Source: Carcharhinus longimanus | Lineage: Eukaryota | Direction of reading: 5' to 3' | Assembly (NCBI GenBank): GCA_030264375.1 | Contig: JASCQW010000081.1 | Span: 49,116,948-49,180,947, forward strand | DNA: 64,000 nucleotides | Part shown: positions 36,751 through 49,898 of the stretch, one piece after another | Numbering within the stretch: the first letter of the stretch is position 1 | How the letters are laid out: every line of letters begins with the position of its first letter | Position numbers and translations under genes: made by a program | The notes under the pieces: generated by a model | What the model saw: the letters and a program-made list of their open reading frames with translations, nothing else | What the model was told of the DNA's origin: nothing | The model's database searches: none

Positions 36751-38559
36751 ACAATTGGAGGGAAAGTAGATATCATGGAAGATTTAAGAGTTAGTGCACC
36801 AAATCTGGATTTTTTTTTTGTCCACGGGTATTGTTTTTGCAAAACCTGGCACCCAACTGAATTTCGTTAAGATTCTCCTCTTCCCCCTACCCATGGTATT
36901 TTCAGAAACGGGTAGAGCAGCTGAGCTGGCCCCAATTACTTAAATGGCTGTTAGGTGAGAGGGGGAAGGGCTTAATTCATGGGTACTCTACTACAAGTAA
37001 AATACAAATCACTAGTCTGCTGTTATTGCAGTTTCTAATGTTGAAAAGCACAAACAAGGTAGTCAACAACATCATGAGTGAGATATGTGCATAGTTGAAG
37101 CAGTGAGAATCTTCTCTGCGTACACAACACATTTTGACAAATCAACTGATGCAGCAGATATGTCTGGAGCTTTCCCCAAGTTGTGACTTGGAAAAACAAT
37201 CATTTCAGTTATCAAAATTAGGGAGCAAAAGTGAATATAGACAGTTTTGGAATGTGAATATTAATTTGCCTCATTGGGCATCTTATCCAGGGGTATATAC
37301 AATGTACAAGCATGCCCACTTCAACTTTCAGCCAAAAATCCTGCAAAAAAAAACAAATCCACAACTCACTGTGGGAAGTCAAAATGCTGGAATTTTCTAC
37401 CACTGCACTGTGAGAGCCCTTTCATCACATAGGCTGTAGTAGTTCAAGGAGGAAGCTCACCCTCCACCTCAAGGGCAATTAAAGATGGGCAATAAATGCT
37501 GGCCCTGTCTGTGACACCCATATCCCGTGAATAAATAAAAAACATGTCCCATCAATCAGAGTGGCTCCATGGAGAGCAGAAAGTTTGGTTTCAATGTGCA
37601 TTGATCTTACACATGCTGTCACTGTTGTACATAGATTGGATCATGAGAGTTTGATTGCTGAGAATCTCAGGGAGGTGAGCTGGAGAACTGGTGTGTGCAA
37701 GTGACAAGGAGAAAAAGCAGCATGAAGAAGTCTTAGAAAGGGTAGCATTATAGTGGGCTGATAAAAAGGAAACAGGAGATAGTGAGAGAAATGGAAATTG
37801 AGAGAAGGAAATGGCACTAAAGTGCCCAAAATAGACCAGATTGCAGAATCAAGTGAGAAGCCCATTAAAATGAGCTACAGTGCCTACGATCATCACATTT
37901 AATATAACAAACCTATGACAAACAGTGAGCTAATATTGAATTGTCTTCTTTTGAAAGACATTATTATGAGCTTTAAAATGATCGGGAAAAATATCAAAGT
38001 ACTGAATATCCAACATGACTTTCACTGGAACGAGAAAAGCACACTGATCAAAACTCAGGCTGTAGTTTTGCAAGAATTGCAGACGTGGTTCTTGAGAGGC
38101 CGAGGCAAAAATAGAAGCTGCAAGGGACAGCGTTATCAAACATGCCATTTATAATGAAACTTCTGTGCTGCCAAATTCCTGATGCACTATGGTCACTTAG
38201 AGGTGTTCCCTGATGTAACCGAGGCAGGCTGATTCTAAACTGACTTTGCTAAATGAAGAGCAAGTCTATGTTCGCTCTAACACAAGACCACAGGAAATCA
38301 AAATGTATTTTTTCCTCTGTTGGTTATAATTTCTACCAATAGGAGCTTAAATTATATTCAACATTGTCACAAATTATCTCTGCAGATTACAATCTCAATT
38401 ATTGGAGAATTTCAAAAAAATGTTTCTTCCTCTCCTTCCTGTGAATGTTGCCAATGGTGCATGATTCCATGGGCCTTTAGAATCACATCCCAAATTACCC
38501 CCCCTAACTGAAATCAATGAACTGAGTTAGGATTCATTCTAAGAAGCTTGTTGAGTCAC

Positions 38560-38980
38560 CTTTGGGTCCATGTCACCTTTGCTGGAGGTATTGACTCCAT
38601 GCTGAAGCTCCACAAGCAAGTAGCTCCTTTCAATAGCCTATCCAAATGGTCATGACTCATTATGTGCCCTGATAGTGAGAATGGGCAGGTTTTTAAATAT
38701 GACAGGGGCTCGGTGTGGGGCGGGGGGAGGAGAAGTTACAGACAATTCTGTCTTCATTGAATACTCATCCATGAGCACTTTTAACATCAGATAGGTGGAT
38801 AGCTTTTACTCAGGGAACTTGGACTGCTTGTTCTTTCCCTGCGTCAGGGTGCTGCAGCCAACTTTAAACCACCAAACCTCCAGCTGAGATCACAAACTCG
38901 GCATAGATCAGGGATCAAATCTGGGGCCTTTCCAGTCTGCGTGGCTACAATAGTTGGTGGATAAACTTGTTGAGCTGTCA
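38560..38980 (-). mobile_element. Ancient SINE-like repeat
   Basis: cagctgagatcacaaactcggcatagatcagggatcaaatct and atccaaatggtc motifs (reverse complement of the 36460 type). Confidence 0.5.
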
Positions 38981-39585
38981 GAGGGCTCCTGACATGAATT
39001 ATCTTTGGTTCTTCCTCTTAGTAAGTGAACTGTGATCAGAAGCCAACTCTCTCATTACTGAGTGAAAACAGGTTATCTATATTGCATAGGATTAGCAAAT
39101 TAGCCAATCACATTCTTTACATTCTGCTTAGATACCCAGGGCAATGTTTATTAAACCACTGATCTCCAACTAAACCCTCTTAAAGGCAAAATAATCTTCA
39201 AAGGGGAAGGAATTCTTAAAACTCTGATTGCCAAGGGGATTACAATCTCTATGGATACTGATGTCAATTATGGTACAAAAGGCAATCTACAACTGAATAA
39301 ATTAAAAAGTAATTTAACTTTTACATGTGGCAATTAATTTCAATTTACAATTTTTTAAAAAGTTTATTTTCAGGGAAGTGTGTTCCAGTGATTGTTTCTT
39401 TTGTGGAAGGCGGAAGGGTTGCTTAGCATATTTGTAATGGTATGTGATACAAACATTTTGAGATGGTTTCTGTCAGTTCTGTCATGCTACCCATGAAATC
39501 ATTCAGGAAAGGAAATGTTGCTGTCTTGTTAGTAGGGTGGCTGTAGGTTTGATATCCAATTTGCTACCATTACTCTTTGGATCAG

Positions 39586-40003
39586 CCTTGGCTCTGTGGG
39601 TTGCACCTTTACCTCTGAATCAGAAGTGTTGTGAGTTCAAGTGTCACTCCAGGATTTAAACACAGAATTTTAGACCACACCAATGCTGTACTGAGGGAAT
39701 GCCAGATTGGTGGAGATGCCATCTTTTGTTTAAACTCTGCCTGTTCTCTCAGATGGACGTAGAGGAACCTGTGGCATTATTTCGAAAAGAGGAGGGGAAG
39801 TATCCCCAGTATCCAGGTCAATATTTATCCCTCAACCAACATCACAAGAAGATAGATTGCTGTTTGCGGGAGCTCGCTGTGCACAAATTGGTTACCACTT
39901 TTTCTATATTATAACAGTGACTACACTTCAATAGGAAGTTGATTGTAAAGCACTTTGAGGCATCCAGTGATCATGAAAGGCGCTATATAAATGCAAGTCT
40001 TTT
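39586..40003 (+). mobile_element. DeuSINE/SacSINE1-like SINE, near full length
   Basis: ttggctctgtgggttgcacc...gagttcaag head, Deu core, tail gaaaggcgctatataaatgcaagtctt. Confidence 0.8.
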
Positions 40004-41087
40004 TAAACTAACCATACATTGGGAGGTAACCATATTGATCAATGGTAGCCCAGTGACACTTTTAACTCCCTTCATTTGCTAAATTTTCCAATCTGAACTA
40101 CTTTGAATAGGCAAACACAAAGAATGCTTCAGTGTCTCCTGGTGAGGACAAGACCCAAGAAAACTGATTCAACCTAGTCTTCTTCTAGCCTCCCCTTGTG
40201 GTCAGTTAAAGCAATTACTGACAGCAGCCAGGAAATGAACTATCAGCTTGTCTTTTAGCTGCAAGGAATCCGACAAAGTAAATGAAGAAATCTTATACTG
40301 CCCAATTTTTTTTTAAGAAAGAGGTTTACATGACATTTTTCATGAAGATAAAGCTTCTTTGATTACTTACACAGGAATTATAATGTTTGCAACTGCTACA
40401 TATCAAGGGAGAAGGTCATCTTAAAGCACTAATTGCTCACGCAGGTGTGTTATTAAGAAAGTTGGAAAGAACTTGTATTTTGTTAGAACCTTTCACAACC
40501 TCAAGACATTCGAAAATGCTTCACAGGCAATGAAGTATTTTTGAAGTTATTCACTGTGTTGAAAAATAGCTTGATAAAGTTATTGACTTTTCAACAAAAT
40601 AGACATCCATAAATTTCCTTTATGGAGATATGCCTGGTAGAAATGTGATGTGAGGTACATGGATGGTAAAATGGATACTTGGGTTGGGTGATATTGGATT
40701 AACTTTCATGGCCTGGAGCCATTAACGTAATTATCATTAATACAGCCACAATACAGTTCTCCCATTGGAAGTAGGTCAGGAGCAGAAGTGTCTGGGGAGC
40801 TGAACATTAGATATAAAAGAAAGTCCCAAACATACATTTTATTTTTGCTATCTAAAGGTGAGGAGAACTTTAAATAAAATACTATCTTCTGTTGAGCTTT
40901 CCCTTCAAGTAGAAAAGTGGAATTTATTGCTAAAGAAGGATTAGGGGTATCAATAACCAACATGGATTGAAAATAAAACACATAATTAAAGTTCTACTAT
41001 ATCTGATATTGCATTTTCACAGAGGAAGGATTATCAGAATACATGCTCAAGGATTCAACGGGTAGTCTGGCTGACTGTTAAAAGTTA

Positions 41088-41356
41088 AAGTTTATTTATT
41101 AGTTATAAGTAGGCTTACATTAACACTGCAATGAAGTTACTGTGAAATCCCCTAGTTGCCACATTCTGGCACCTGAGGGTACACTGAGGGAGAATTTAGC
41201 ATGGTCAATGCACCTAACCAGCATGTCTTTTGGATTGTGGGAGGAAATCGGAACACCCGGAGGAAACCTACACAGACACAACACAGATAGGGACCTAAGT
41301 TGGGAATCGAAGCCGGTGTGGCACTGTGAGGCAGCAGTGCTAACCACTATGCCACC
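41088..41356 (-). mobile_element. HE1-head SINE, type B tail
   Basis: Same structure as 30336 and 31575. Confidence 0.8.
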
Positions 41357-41367
41357 TGCTCATCTTA

Positions 41368-41895
41368 TATAGAATCTTAGAATGGTTACAGCACAGAAGG
41401 AGACCATTCAGTCCATTGTTTCTGTACTGGCTCTCTGAAGGAGCATTTCACCTACAGTCACTCTCCCACTTTCTCCCCATAGCCCTAATATTATTCTAGT
41501 TCTTTCTTGAATGCCTCAGTTGGATCCATCTCCACCACACTCTCAGGCAGTGCAATCCAAATCCTAACCACATGTTGTGTAAAAATGTCAGTTTTTTTGT
41601 CAATTGTTTTAAATCTGTGCCCTCTTGGTTCTTGATCCTTTCACCAATGGGAACAGTTCCCCGCTATCTGCTATTTCCAGACCCCTCATGATTTTGAACA
41701 TCTTTGTCAAGTCTCCTCTCAATCTTCTCTTCTCAAAGGAAAATAGTTCTAACTTCTCTGATCCATCTCAGTAACTGAAGTTCCTCATCCCAGGAGCCAT
41801 TTTGGTGAATCTCTTCTGTACTCTCTCCAATGCCTGCACAATGTTCCTAAAATGTGGCGTCCAGAACTGGATGCAGTACCCCAGTTGAAGCTGAA
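41368..41895 (-). mobile_element. CR1 LINE 3' end
   Basis: Minus strand YCIQFWTPHFRNIVQALERVQKRFTK and CR1 3' UTR. Confidence 0.8.
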
Positions 41896-42049
41896 CTCTT
41901 GTTGCATACGTGTTTACCAGTTCACAGTTGGAATGCTGGCAGCCTCAAGCAGCTGTGTGCACACAATGTGCACAGAAGAAAATCATCGTTCCAATATGAC
42001 ATTCCTGGCTATGGCTCTGTGGTAAGGTCACTCAAATCAGTCTCCCATC

Positions 42050-42397
42050 CATTGACACTGTCTATACTTCCTGCTGCCTCAGCAAAGCAGCCAGCATAAT
42101 CAAGGACCCCATGTACCCTGGACACACTCTCTTATACCTTCTTCCATCGGGAAGAAAATACAAATGTCTGAGATCACTAATTAACCAATTTGAGGACATC
42201 TTTGCTGCTGCCTGACTTTTGAACGGACCTACTTCACGTGAAGTTGATCTTTCTCTACACGCTAGCTATGTCTGTAATTACATTTTGCACTCCCTACTTT
42301 CCTTCTCTGTGTATGGTATGCTTTATCTGTATGGTGCGCAAGAAACAATTCTTTTCACTGTATACTAATACGTGTAATAACAATAAACCAAATCAAA
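42050..42397 (+). mobile_element. Rex1/Babar-like LINE 3' end
   Basis: LPSIDTVYTSCCLSKAASIIKDPMYPGHTLLYLLPSGRKY-like translation and aaatcaaa tail. Confidence 0.75.
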
Positions 42398-43664
42398 TGT
42401 ACTAGCCAGTCATGTAGAGTGCATTGTGGAATTGGACAAGTAGGCTGAGCATTCAAAATGGTAACCAGTGGCCCACCCATTTAACGTTTGCCTCCGTGAC
42501 TTCATCAAATGCCCCGTTAGGAGATGGATCATGCTTTTGGTGGTACTACATGCTATAGGGCTCTGATATATTAGATTACATGGTTCATTTACATTGTGGA
42601 GCCAAGCTAGTTTATCAAGGGCTGAGTAGAACATCAGCTCCTGTACTCCAGACCACCAGAGGTACTTCTCCAGAGAACGGGATCATTTCGCACACTAGAG
42701 TCTGTGCCTCCAGAGATTTGAGCGCTAGCGCTGTTTATATTACACCACCGTCCTCAGAATTATAAACATGGTACGAGAGAAACCACCTCTCTAGGAAAGA
42801 CAAATAATTCTGCCCACATAGCTTCTAGGCGAGAGGCATCAGATGACACGTCTGACTATTCATGTGTTAGAAGCAGTTATCAAAGTGCCAGGGTCTAAAG
42901 GGCAATGAATGCTTGTGTGTGAAATCATCAGATGTGACATTTCTGACAGGCAATGGATTGTGACCATGATCCTGCTGTTTGGGAAACAGGGGATCAAATA
43001 TCAAATTACGAGGTATTTTGAGCACACAGCATTTTTTTTTTTAAAAGCAGCTGTTACCGCTCCTTCTATCATTACTCAAAAAGCTTTTTTTTGGGTCCCT
43101 GGTGACTGTTAAAGAGAGAGCTCCTGTGTGTCACTTTTAAGAAGGTTTTGTGGAACTCTAAGGTTAAAAGGTAGACAATCTGTGAATTGTGCTCGACTCG
43201 TAACATTCGCCTTTGGCAGATCAAATGTCCACAGGCTCTTTGAAAGCGCTCTATTCTTCCCTTCAAAGCAAGATAGGATCCTAAAAAAACCCCATAGTTC
43301 TTAAAGGGCCGAATACTTTGGAGCACTTTGAATCCAGAGTACTCGTTCCCCCCCCGCCATCTTGAAAGACTGCATGGGAGGCAATGATCCTGAAGAATAG
43401 GCCTTCCTTTGAGGTTAGACATCCTGTATTTTGTAGAACAAATTCGATCCTTCTCCAATCTGCTCCCAGCTAATTTCCTTACATTTTCAACTGGCCATGG
43501 TATTTTGAAGCATAATCTTCTACTTTACTTCAACATTTCAGATCAATGGCACACATCAGAATTAGTAACTAGAGTTTAACATGGAAATATTTATTGTAAA
43601 TTGTGGTGTATAAGGAAAAACCATGTTTCTTTGGGGGTAAAGTTTGACTTGTTTAGCCATGACA

Positions 43665-44763
43665 TGTTATATTCACCACACTACCAGAAGGACGTGGAAG
43701 CTTTGGAGAGAGTGCAGAAAAGGTTTACCAGGAAGTTGCCTAGTATGGAGGATCTTAGCTATGAGGTGAGATTGAGTAAAATAGGTTTGTTCTCCCTGGA
43801 AAGATGGAAGTCGAGGGGCAACCTAATAGAAGTTCATAAAATTATGAAGGGNNNNNNNNNNNNNNNNNNNNNNNNNNNNNNNNNNNNNNNNNNNNNNNNN
43901 NNNNNNNNNNNNNNNNNNNNNNNNNNNNNNNNNNNNNNNNNNNNNNNNNNNNNNNNNNNNNNNNNNNNNNNNNNNNNNNNNNNNNNNNNNNNNNNNNNNN
44001 NNNNNNNNNNNNNNNNNNNNNNNNNNNNNNNNNNNNNNNNNNNNNNNNNNNNNNNNNNNNNNNNNNNNNNNNNNNNNNNNNNNNNNNNNNNNNNNNNNNN
44101 NNNNNNNNNNNNNNNNNNNNNNNNNNNNNNNNNNNNNNNNNNNNNNNNNNNNNNNNNNNNNNNNNNNNNNNNNNNNNNNNNNNNNNNNNNNNNNNNNNNN
44201 NNNNNNNNNNNNNNNNNNNNNNNNNNNNNNNNNNNNNNNNNNNNNNNNNNNNNNNNNNNNNNNNNNNNNNNNNNNNNNNNNNNNNNNNNNNNNNNNNNNN
44301 NNNNNNNNNNNNNNNNNNNNNNNNNNNNNNNNNNNNNNNNNNNNNNNNNNNNNNNNNNNNNNNNNNNNNNNNNNNNNNNNNNNNNNNNNNNNNNNNNNNN
44401 NNNNNNNNNNNNNNNNNNNNNNNNNNNNNNNNNNNNNNNNNNNNNNNNNNNNNNNNNNNNNNNNNNNNNNNNNNNNNNNNNNNNNNNNNNNNNNNNNNNN
44501 NNNNNNNNNNNNNNNNNNNNNNNNNNNNNNNNNNNNNNNNNNNNNNNNNNNNNNNNNNNNNNNNNNNNNNNNNNNNNNNNNNNNNNNNNNNNNNNNNNNN
44601 NNNNNNNNNNNNNNNNNNNNNNNNNNNNNNNNNNNNNNNNNNNNNNNNNNNNNNNNNNNNNNNNNNNNNNCTGAGCCACTTCAGATCAGCCATGATCTTA
44701 TTGAATGGCGGGGCAGGCTTGAAGGGCTAGATGGCCTGCTCCTGCTCCTACTTCTTATGTTCT
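43665..44763 (+). mobile_element. CR1/HER1 LINE 3' region spanning a gap
   Basis: YSPHYQKDVEALERVQKRFTRKLP before the gap; HER1-like 3' UTR and cttatgttc tail after it. Confidence 0.75.
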
Positions 44764-47334
44764 TTTGATCTCGTGATAGTTTAAAAACAACATGCCAAAA
44801 GCACACCTCATCTTAAGAACAGGCCACATTCCCGCAAGCATTAATCAAAAATGGGAGTATCTGCTTCTTGTGCTCATTTGCATGAAATGCAAACATACGA
44901 ACTAGGAGCAGTAAGTAGTAGGCCACTCGGTCCATTGAGCCTGCTCCTCCATTCAGTAAGATCATGATTGATCTGACTTGTTAATCACGAATCTTTCTCA
45001 CTCTGCGTTAAAAAATATTCAAAGACTCTGCTGGTTCCAAGGAGTCTCAAAAAAATTCACTTCATTTTTTTGGATGCAAGGACAATAATAGGCACATTTT
45101 AAAATACGTTTCTAATTTACTAAGAGACTCTCTGTATGCCTCAATATAACCAGCAAATGGTTCTGAATTTTCTTAATGTCATTTTCAGTGACTTAATATT
45201 GGGTTATCACAGGAGATGAATTGACATTGATTGAAAATGCATTTATTTTTGTTTTTATTCTATTTTCAGCTGTACAAATAAAATTGCACTGAAAGATATC
45301 AGGTAATAGTTTATATTGTAAAACTTTTAAATGTTATGATTCGAAATACTGCCCAGTTGGGTTACATCATGGCAGATTTGGTGGTATGCAAATGAGTTTG
45401 AATAGAAACTCTAGAAGAATTAAGCACTTTTTAAAATGGGTGCAAAACTTTCCCCGATTACAGCCTAAGCATCAGCAGGCTTTCAGACATGGGTAAGGCA
45501 CCAGGCATGTCTGATCCTCTATTAACCGACATCTGCAAAGATACACTTTCCATAAAATTATCAGATAGTGTGCTGGAGCAGGAACTGTGGCTGGTTTTAT
45601 CCCTCCCTGGCCAAAGGGCTGAAAGAAATCAGGCCTAAAAATCAAACCGTTCCGGAGCTGTGCACTATAAGAAGGGTGACATGATGAGGGGCTGAGATAA
45701 ACCTCGAAATAATGGTTCGGCAACATTACACTTTGGTTTGAAAGGCCTGTGGAATGGAGGGACTGACTGCGGGTTAAGAGTTTGGGGGTTCTGGCAATCA
45801 ATAGGTGAGAGGGTGTGACAAGCCTTTATTTTGATGCAGGAGGGAAGAAAAGCTTCGAAGAAAAGCTGAGGCAGCACGAGTACAGAAAGCTCAGAGACCA
45901 CATCTGCTTCCAAAAAGAGAAGTATAGCAGAGTGAGATTGGAGACAAGAGACAGACAAGGAACAATTGTCAGACAGGTTTTCTTTCTGTATCTGTTCAGC
46001 TGAGGGAGATAAACGAGCGCACATATTTCAAAATCACACAATCACTGAAGCATCCTGGTTTAATGACTTGTTTCTATTGCAGGTAATTCAACTCCCTTAC
46101 AACTTCAAGCCAGTTTCTCCACAATTTTAAACACAGTCTAAAGAAAGAAATGCAGAACAAAAAGCATAAAAATGTAAAGTTAATTCTAACTTTCTTTAAT
46201 AGATTCCGTACTTAAAGAAATCTCAGAAAGCAGTGTCATATTTCTATTACCTTGCATTCCAATAACTCATTAATAAGTATAGAGTCAGAGACTAGGAAAG
46301 ACTCAGGTGGATCAGTTGATCTGAGACCCACCCTCAGTGCCTCTGGGCTATGGGAAGGGAATTAAAAAACATAATCAGCCAATAATCCTGCTCCTAGTCA
46401 CTAACTAGTCAATCCTCCTTTCAGAAAGTTTGTAAGGACTTTGAGCAAGGGTGAGACAGGACCGAAATTTGCTCAGTACTGCGCATTGGCACTTATTCCC
46501 ACAGTACCTTGTCTAAGTGGCTGTTCTTCAGAATATGATCTTTGACAGATTTTGTCTTTTCCTGTGAAAATAATCTTCACGGCCCCGTTCAATCCTGTTC
46601 CCTCTAAGTATCTTCATGCGCACAATTTCCGGCAGGGATAGACAATGCGACAAGGTGGCTGAGAGCTGCGGGTGATGAACTGCTAGTCCATTGTCCTCAG
46701 CACGTGGGAGTTCAAACCAATCTTTGTCATTGCTACACTTAAGGCTTGATGTGTTCCTTCTTTGCTTAAATGCATACAAAGAAAAAGAACCGCAGGCGTG
46801 AGTCCTGGCCTCATCAATGGAGGCTTTCTGNNNNNNNNNNCTTTCTGTGTGAAGGGTATGGTAGTTAGTGATTATGTTACTAGAATAGTAATCCAGAGAC
46901 CTGGTCTAATAAATTGTGGTTTCAAGTCTGACCATGGAAGTTTGGGAATAACATCAGCAGTAGTAGTCCATGTTGACTTACCCACTCAATAACCTACGGG
47001 TACTTAGGCCAATTATAAGTTTTAACCACCACTCTGGGTGAGATTGGGGGTTCCTGATCCGTGCAGCTCAACTGTTCACCGTCTTCATTGATTATTTTTG
47101 AATGACATACTTAGAATTCAATCTGCAAAATTTGATTTCCTTTGAGTAAGAAGTCAAAGATTAAAACCACAAGTGAGGCAGCTAAATTAGCAATGATTTT
47201 TAAAAATATATTACGTGCTTAATTCTAATGGAAAGTAACAGTGTCTTTGAAGTACTCAACCATGTAACCATAATTACAGGTAGCTATTACAAGCCCATTT
47301 TGAAACAAGCTCAAAGAACGAAGATTTAATAGGT

Positions 47335-47710
47335 AGCTGTGGCTCAGTTGGAAGCACTCTTGTCTCTGCATTAGAAAGTCATGGGTTCAAGCCTGACTCC
47401 AGGGATTTGAGAACAAAAGCTCGGAATGCAGCAAAGCTGGAGGTGCTGCCTTTCCGACAAAACTATAAGCCTAGGCCCAGCCTGTGCTCTGAAGCGGATG
47501 TAATAAATCACATGGCATAATATAAGGAGTAGGGGAGTTTTCCCTTGTGTCCTGACAAATCTTTATTCATAAACTAACAACACAAATATAGATTATCTAG
47601 TTACTTATCCCACTGTTGTTTGTGTGACTTTACCATGTGCAAATTAGCTGCCTGAATTCCCACATAGCAAAGTTCAAAAGTACATTATTGCCTGAAAGTG
47701 ATTTAGGACC
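47335..47710 (+). mobile_element. DeuSINE-like SINE
   Basis: gtggctcagttggaagcactc...gggttcaagcc head and Deu core. Confidence 0.7.
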
Positions 47711-49484
47711 TTTGTTTTTTACCTCCATCTTCTGCGATTCTCCCTAAGCAATAGCTCCTATCCCACCCCATACTGAGGTCACCAACTCCCTCTAACAGTT
47801 CAAATTCACCTGACCAGTAACCCAGTGGACTGCTTGGTTCTCATTAAATGGCCTGTGATTTGGTTCAGCCTGGGTAGCAGTAGGAATCCCATTCTCGACA
47901 GCAGAGCCGTGTGTTATGGAGGGAACAAAGGATAGCTAGGATTCCCATTTCCAATCACTGCCTAGTGATCCATGGAAAAGCTGGAAAACCTAATGTGTGG
48001 CCATCTGGCGCAATGATAACATTCCCATTGTTGGATAGCCCAATAAAATTCAATGTCTAGGCTTGTAACAAAGAATAACCACTTGTCGATATACCAGAGA
48101 GTGACTGATGGGTGCTCATTGATCTATGCAGCAACACCTTCTACAGTAAAATGGAAAATATTTTAAAAATGTAAAATACTTGCAAACAAGTCCTTTTTCC
48201 TCTTTGGTTACAGCAGCAGACTAAACTATCTCCATCCAAGCGAAATGGCAACTTGTGTTTGATCAATTCAAAAATTCACCTAGTTCATCTGTGCAAGATC
48301 TAAGTATTCCTCTGGAGCAATGCTTTTAATTCCTAACCTGAGTACTAATCTTGGCTCCCTCACCTGCCAAGCTCACAAGCACCAATTTATAAACTGCTCT
48401 ATATTGAAAGAACTGGCACACTGTGCAGCAATAGAACGTGTGCTAATGGTGCCACAAACTCCATGCCAAGATAAATAACCCTGAAAATAAGGTTGCCACA
48501 GTACAAGACTGCATTTTCAACCATAGAGCTGAGAGTCAACCGGCTGGTTATCAGAATAAAAAAACAACAAATAAATATCATGTCATAAAAACTGAGGCTC
48601 ACAGACAGCCTTCAGTGAAAGGAGCAATACATATGAGCAGGAAATGCGGCCTCCCCCAGGCCTTTGGAGTGCACTATACCAACATCACCCACATCCTGGA
48701 AACAATTGGTGGTGGAGGAGGAAAAGGTTCCAGCATTTCCCATGTGGAAGCAGCCTTATACCTGGAGCCATACAACACTCACACAGCTCATAGAACAAGG
48801 CAATATGGAGCCCAGTCACCAGAGGTGGGAATGGTCCAGGCAATGAGAACAAGGAAATACATTTTAAAATACAGGACAGATTGCGAAACGTGCAGACATT
48901 CGGAGACAGTTTTGGGAACTTTTGGAGCAATTCTAAGATTTAAATAATGTTTTGATTGGGACCTTCCTCCAACACATTTCTACCATTTTTTGTTTTTATT
49001 TTTAGATCTATTTACCACCATTAAATATATATACAAGCATGTATGGGAATCAAACTTTTTAAAAAATGCTGAGTTGTGGCTGGGTAAACATTTAACTAAG
49101 CATAACTCCACTGCAGTCTACAAATATCAAGGGACAAATTTTATTCATTCCATTTATTTACAAATCTGGATCCCAGTTCTTTTGGAATTATGTGTTTATC
49201 TGAATCTAACTGTAGTGCATTGTACTTCCATTTCCTTAACCCAATTCGGTTCCTGTTTTTAGGTTTTGTACTCTTCGATGCATTTATTCATTATGTGCTT
49301 TCCTGTCGACTTTCTTCACCACTCGACTGGATGGTACTTCCATTTGAATCATTGACCCTCCCAGTATCACGTCTGTTTTATGTGCATATCCAGACGAGTG
49401 CTGCCCTTCTAGTGGAGAGGTACAACAAAGCTGGCAACAATCTTGTCCACAACTGAAATCCAAGCAATCGCAGAGGTGTCTGCT

Positions 49485-49898
49485 ATGGCTCAGTGTTCAG
49501 CACTCTCACTTCAGAGCCAGAAGGTAGTGAGTTCAAGACCCATTCTAGGGATTTGAGAGCAAAATCTTGGCTGNNNNNNNNNNNNNNNNNNNNNNNNNNN
49601 NNNNNNNNNNNNNNNNNNNNNNNNNNNNNNNNNNNNNNNNNNNNNNNNNNNNNNNNNNNNNNNNNNNNNNNNNNNNNNNNNNNNNNNNNNNNNNNNNNNN
49701 NNNNNNNNNNNNNNNNNNNNNNNNNNNNNNNNNNNNTTATCTGATCATTTATTTTGTTTGCGAGATCTTGCTGCGTACAAGCTTGGCTGCTGAGTTTCCA
49801 ACATTTGCAATAGTAACTAGACTTCAAAACTACTTCAGCTGCTATAAAACGATTTGGGATGTTGCAAAAGGTTCTTATACAAACGCAAGTCTTTCTTC
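49485..49898 (+). mobile_element. DeuSINE-like SINE (centre in gap)
   Basis: tggctcagtgttcagcactctcac head; tail tatacaaacgcaagtctttctt. Confidence 0.7.

Noticed and set aside
43601-44693. Long ORFs of 281-357 aa (also 9826-10539)
   Set aside because: Artefacts of N runs; the flanks are LINE remnants.
45665-46779. Several 60-120 aa ORFs in unique sequence
   Set aside because: No motifs or consistent splice structure; expected by chance.
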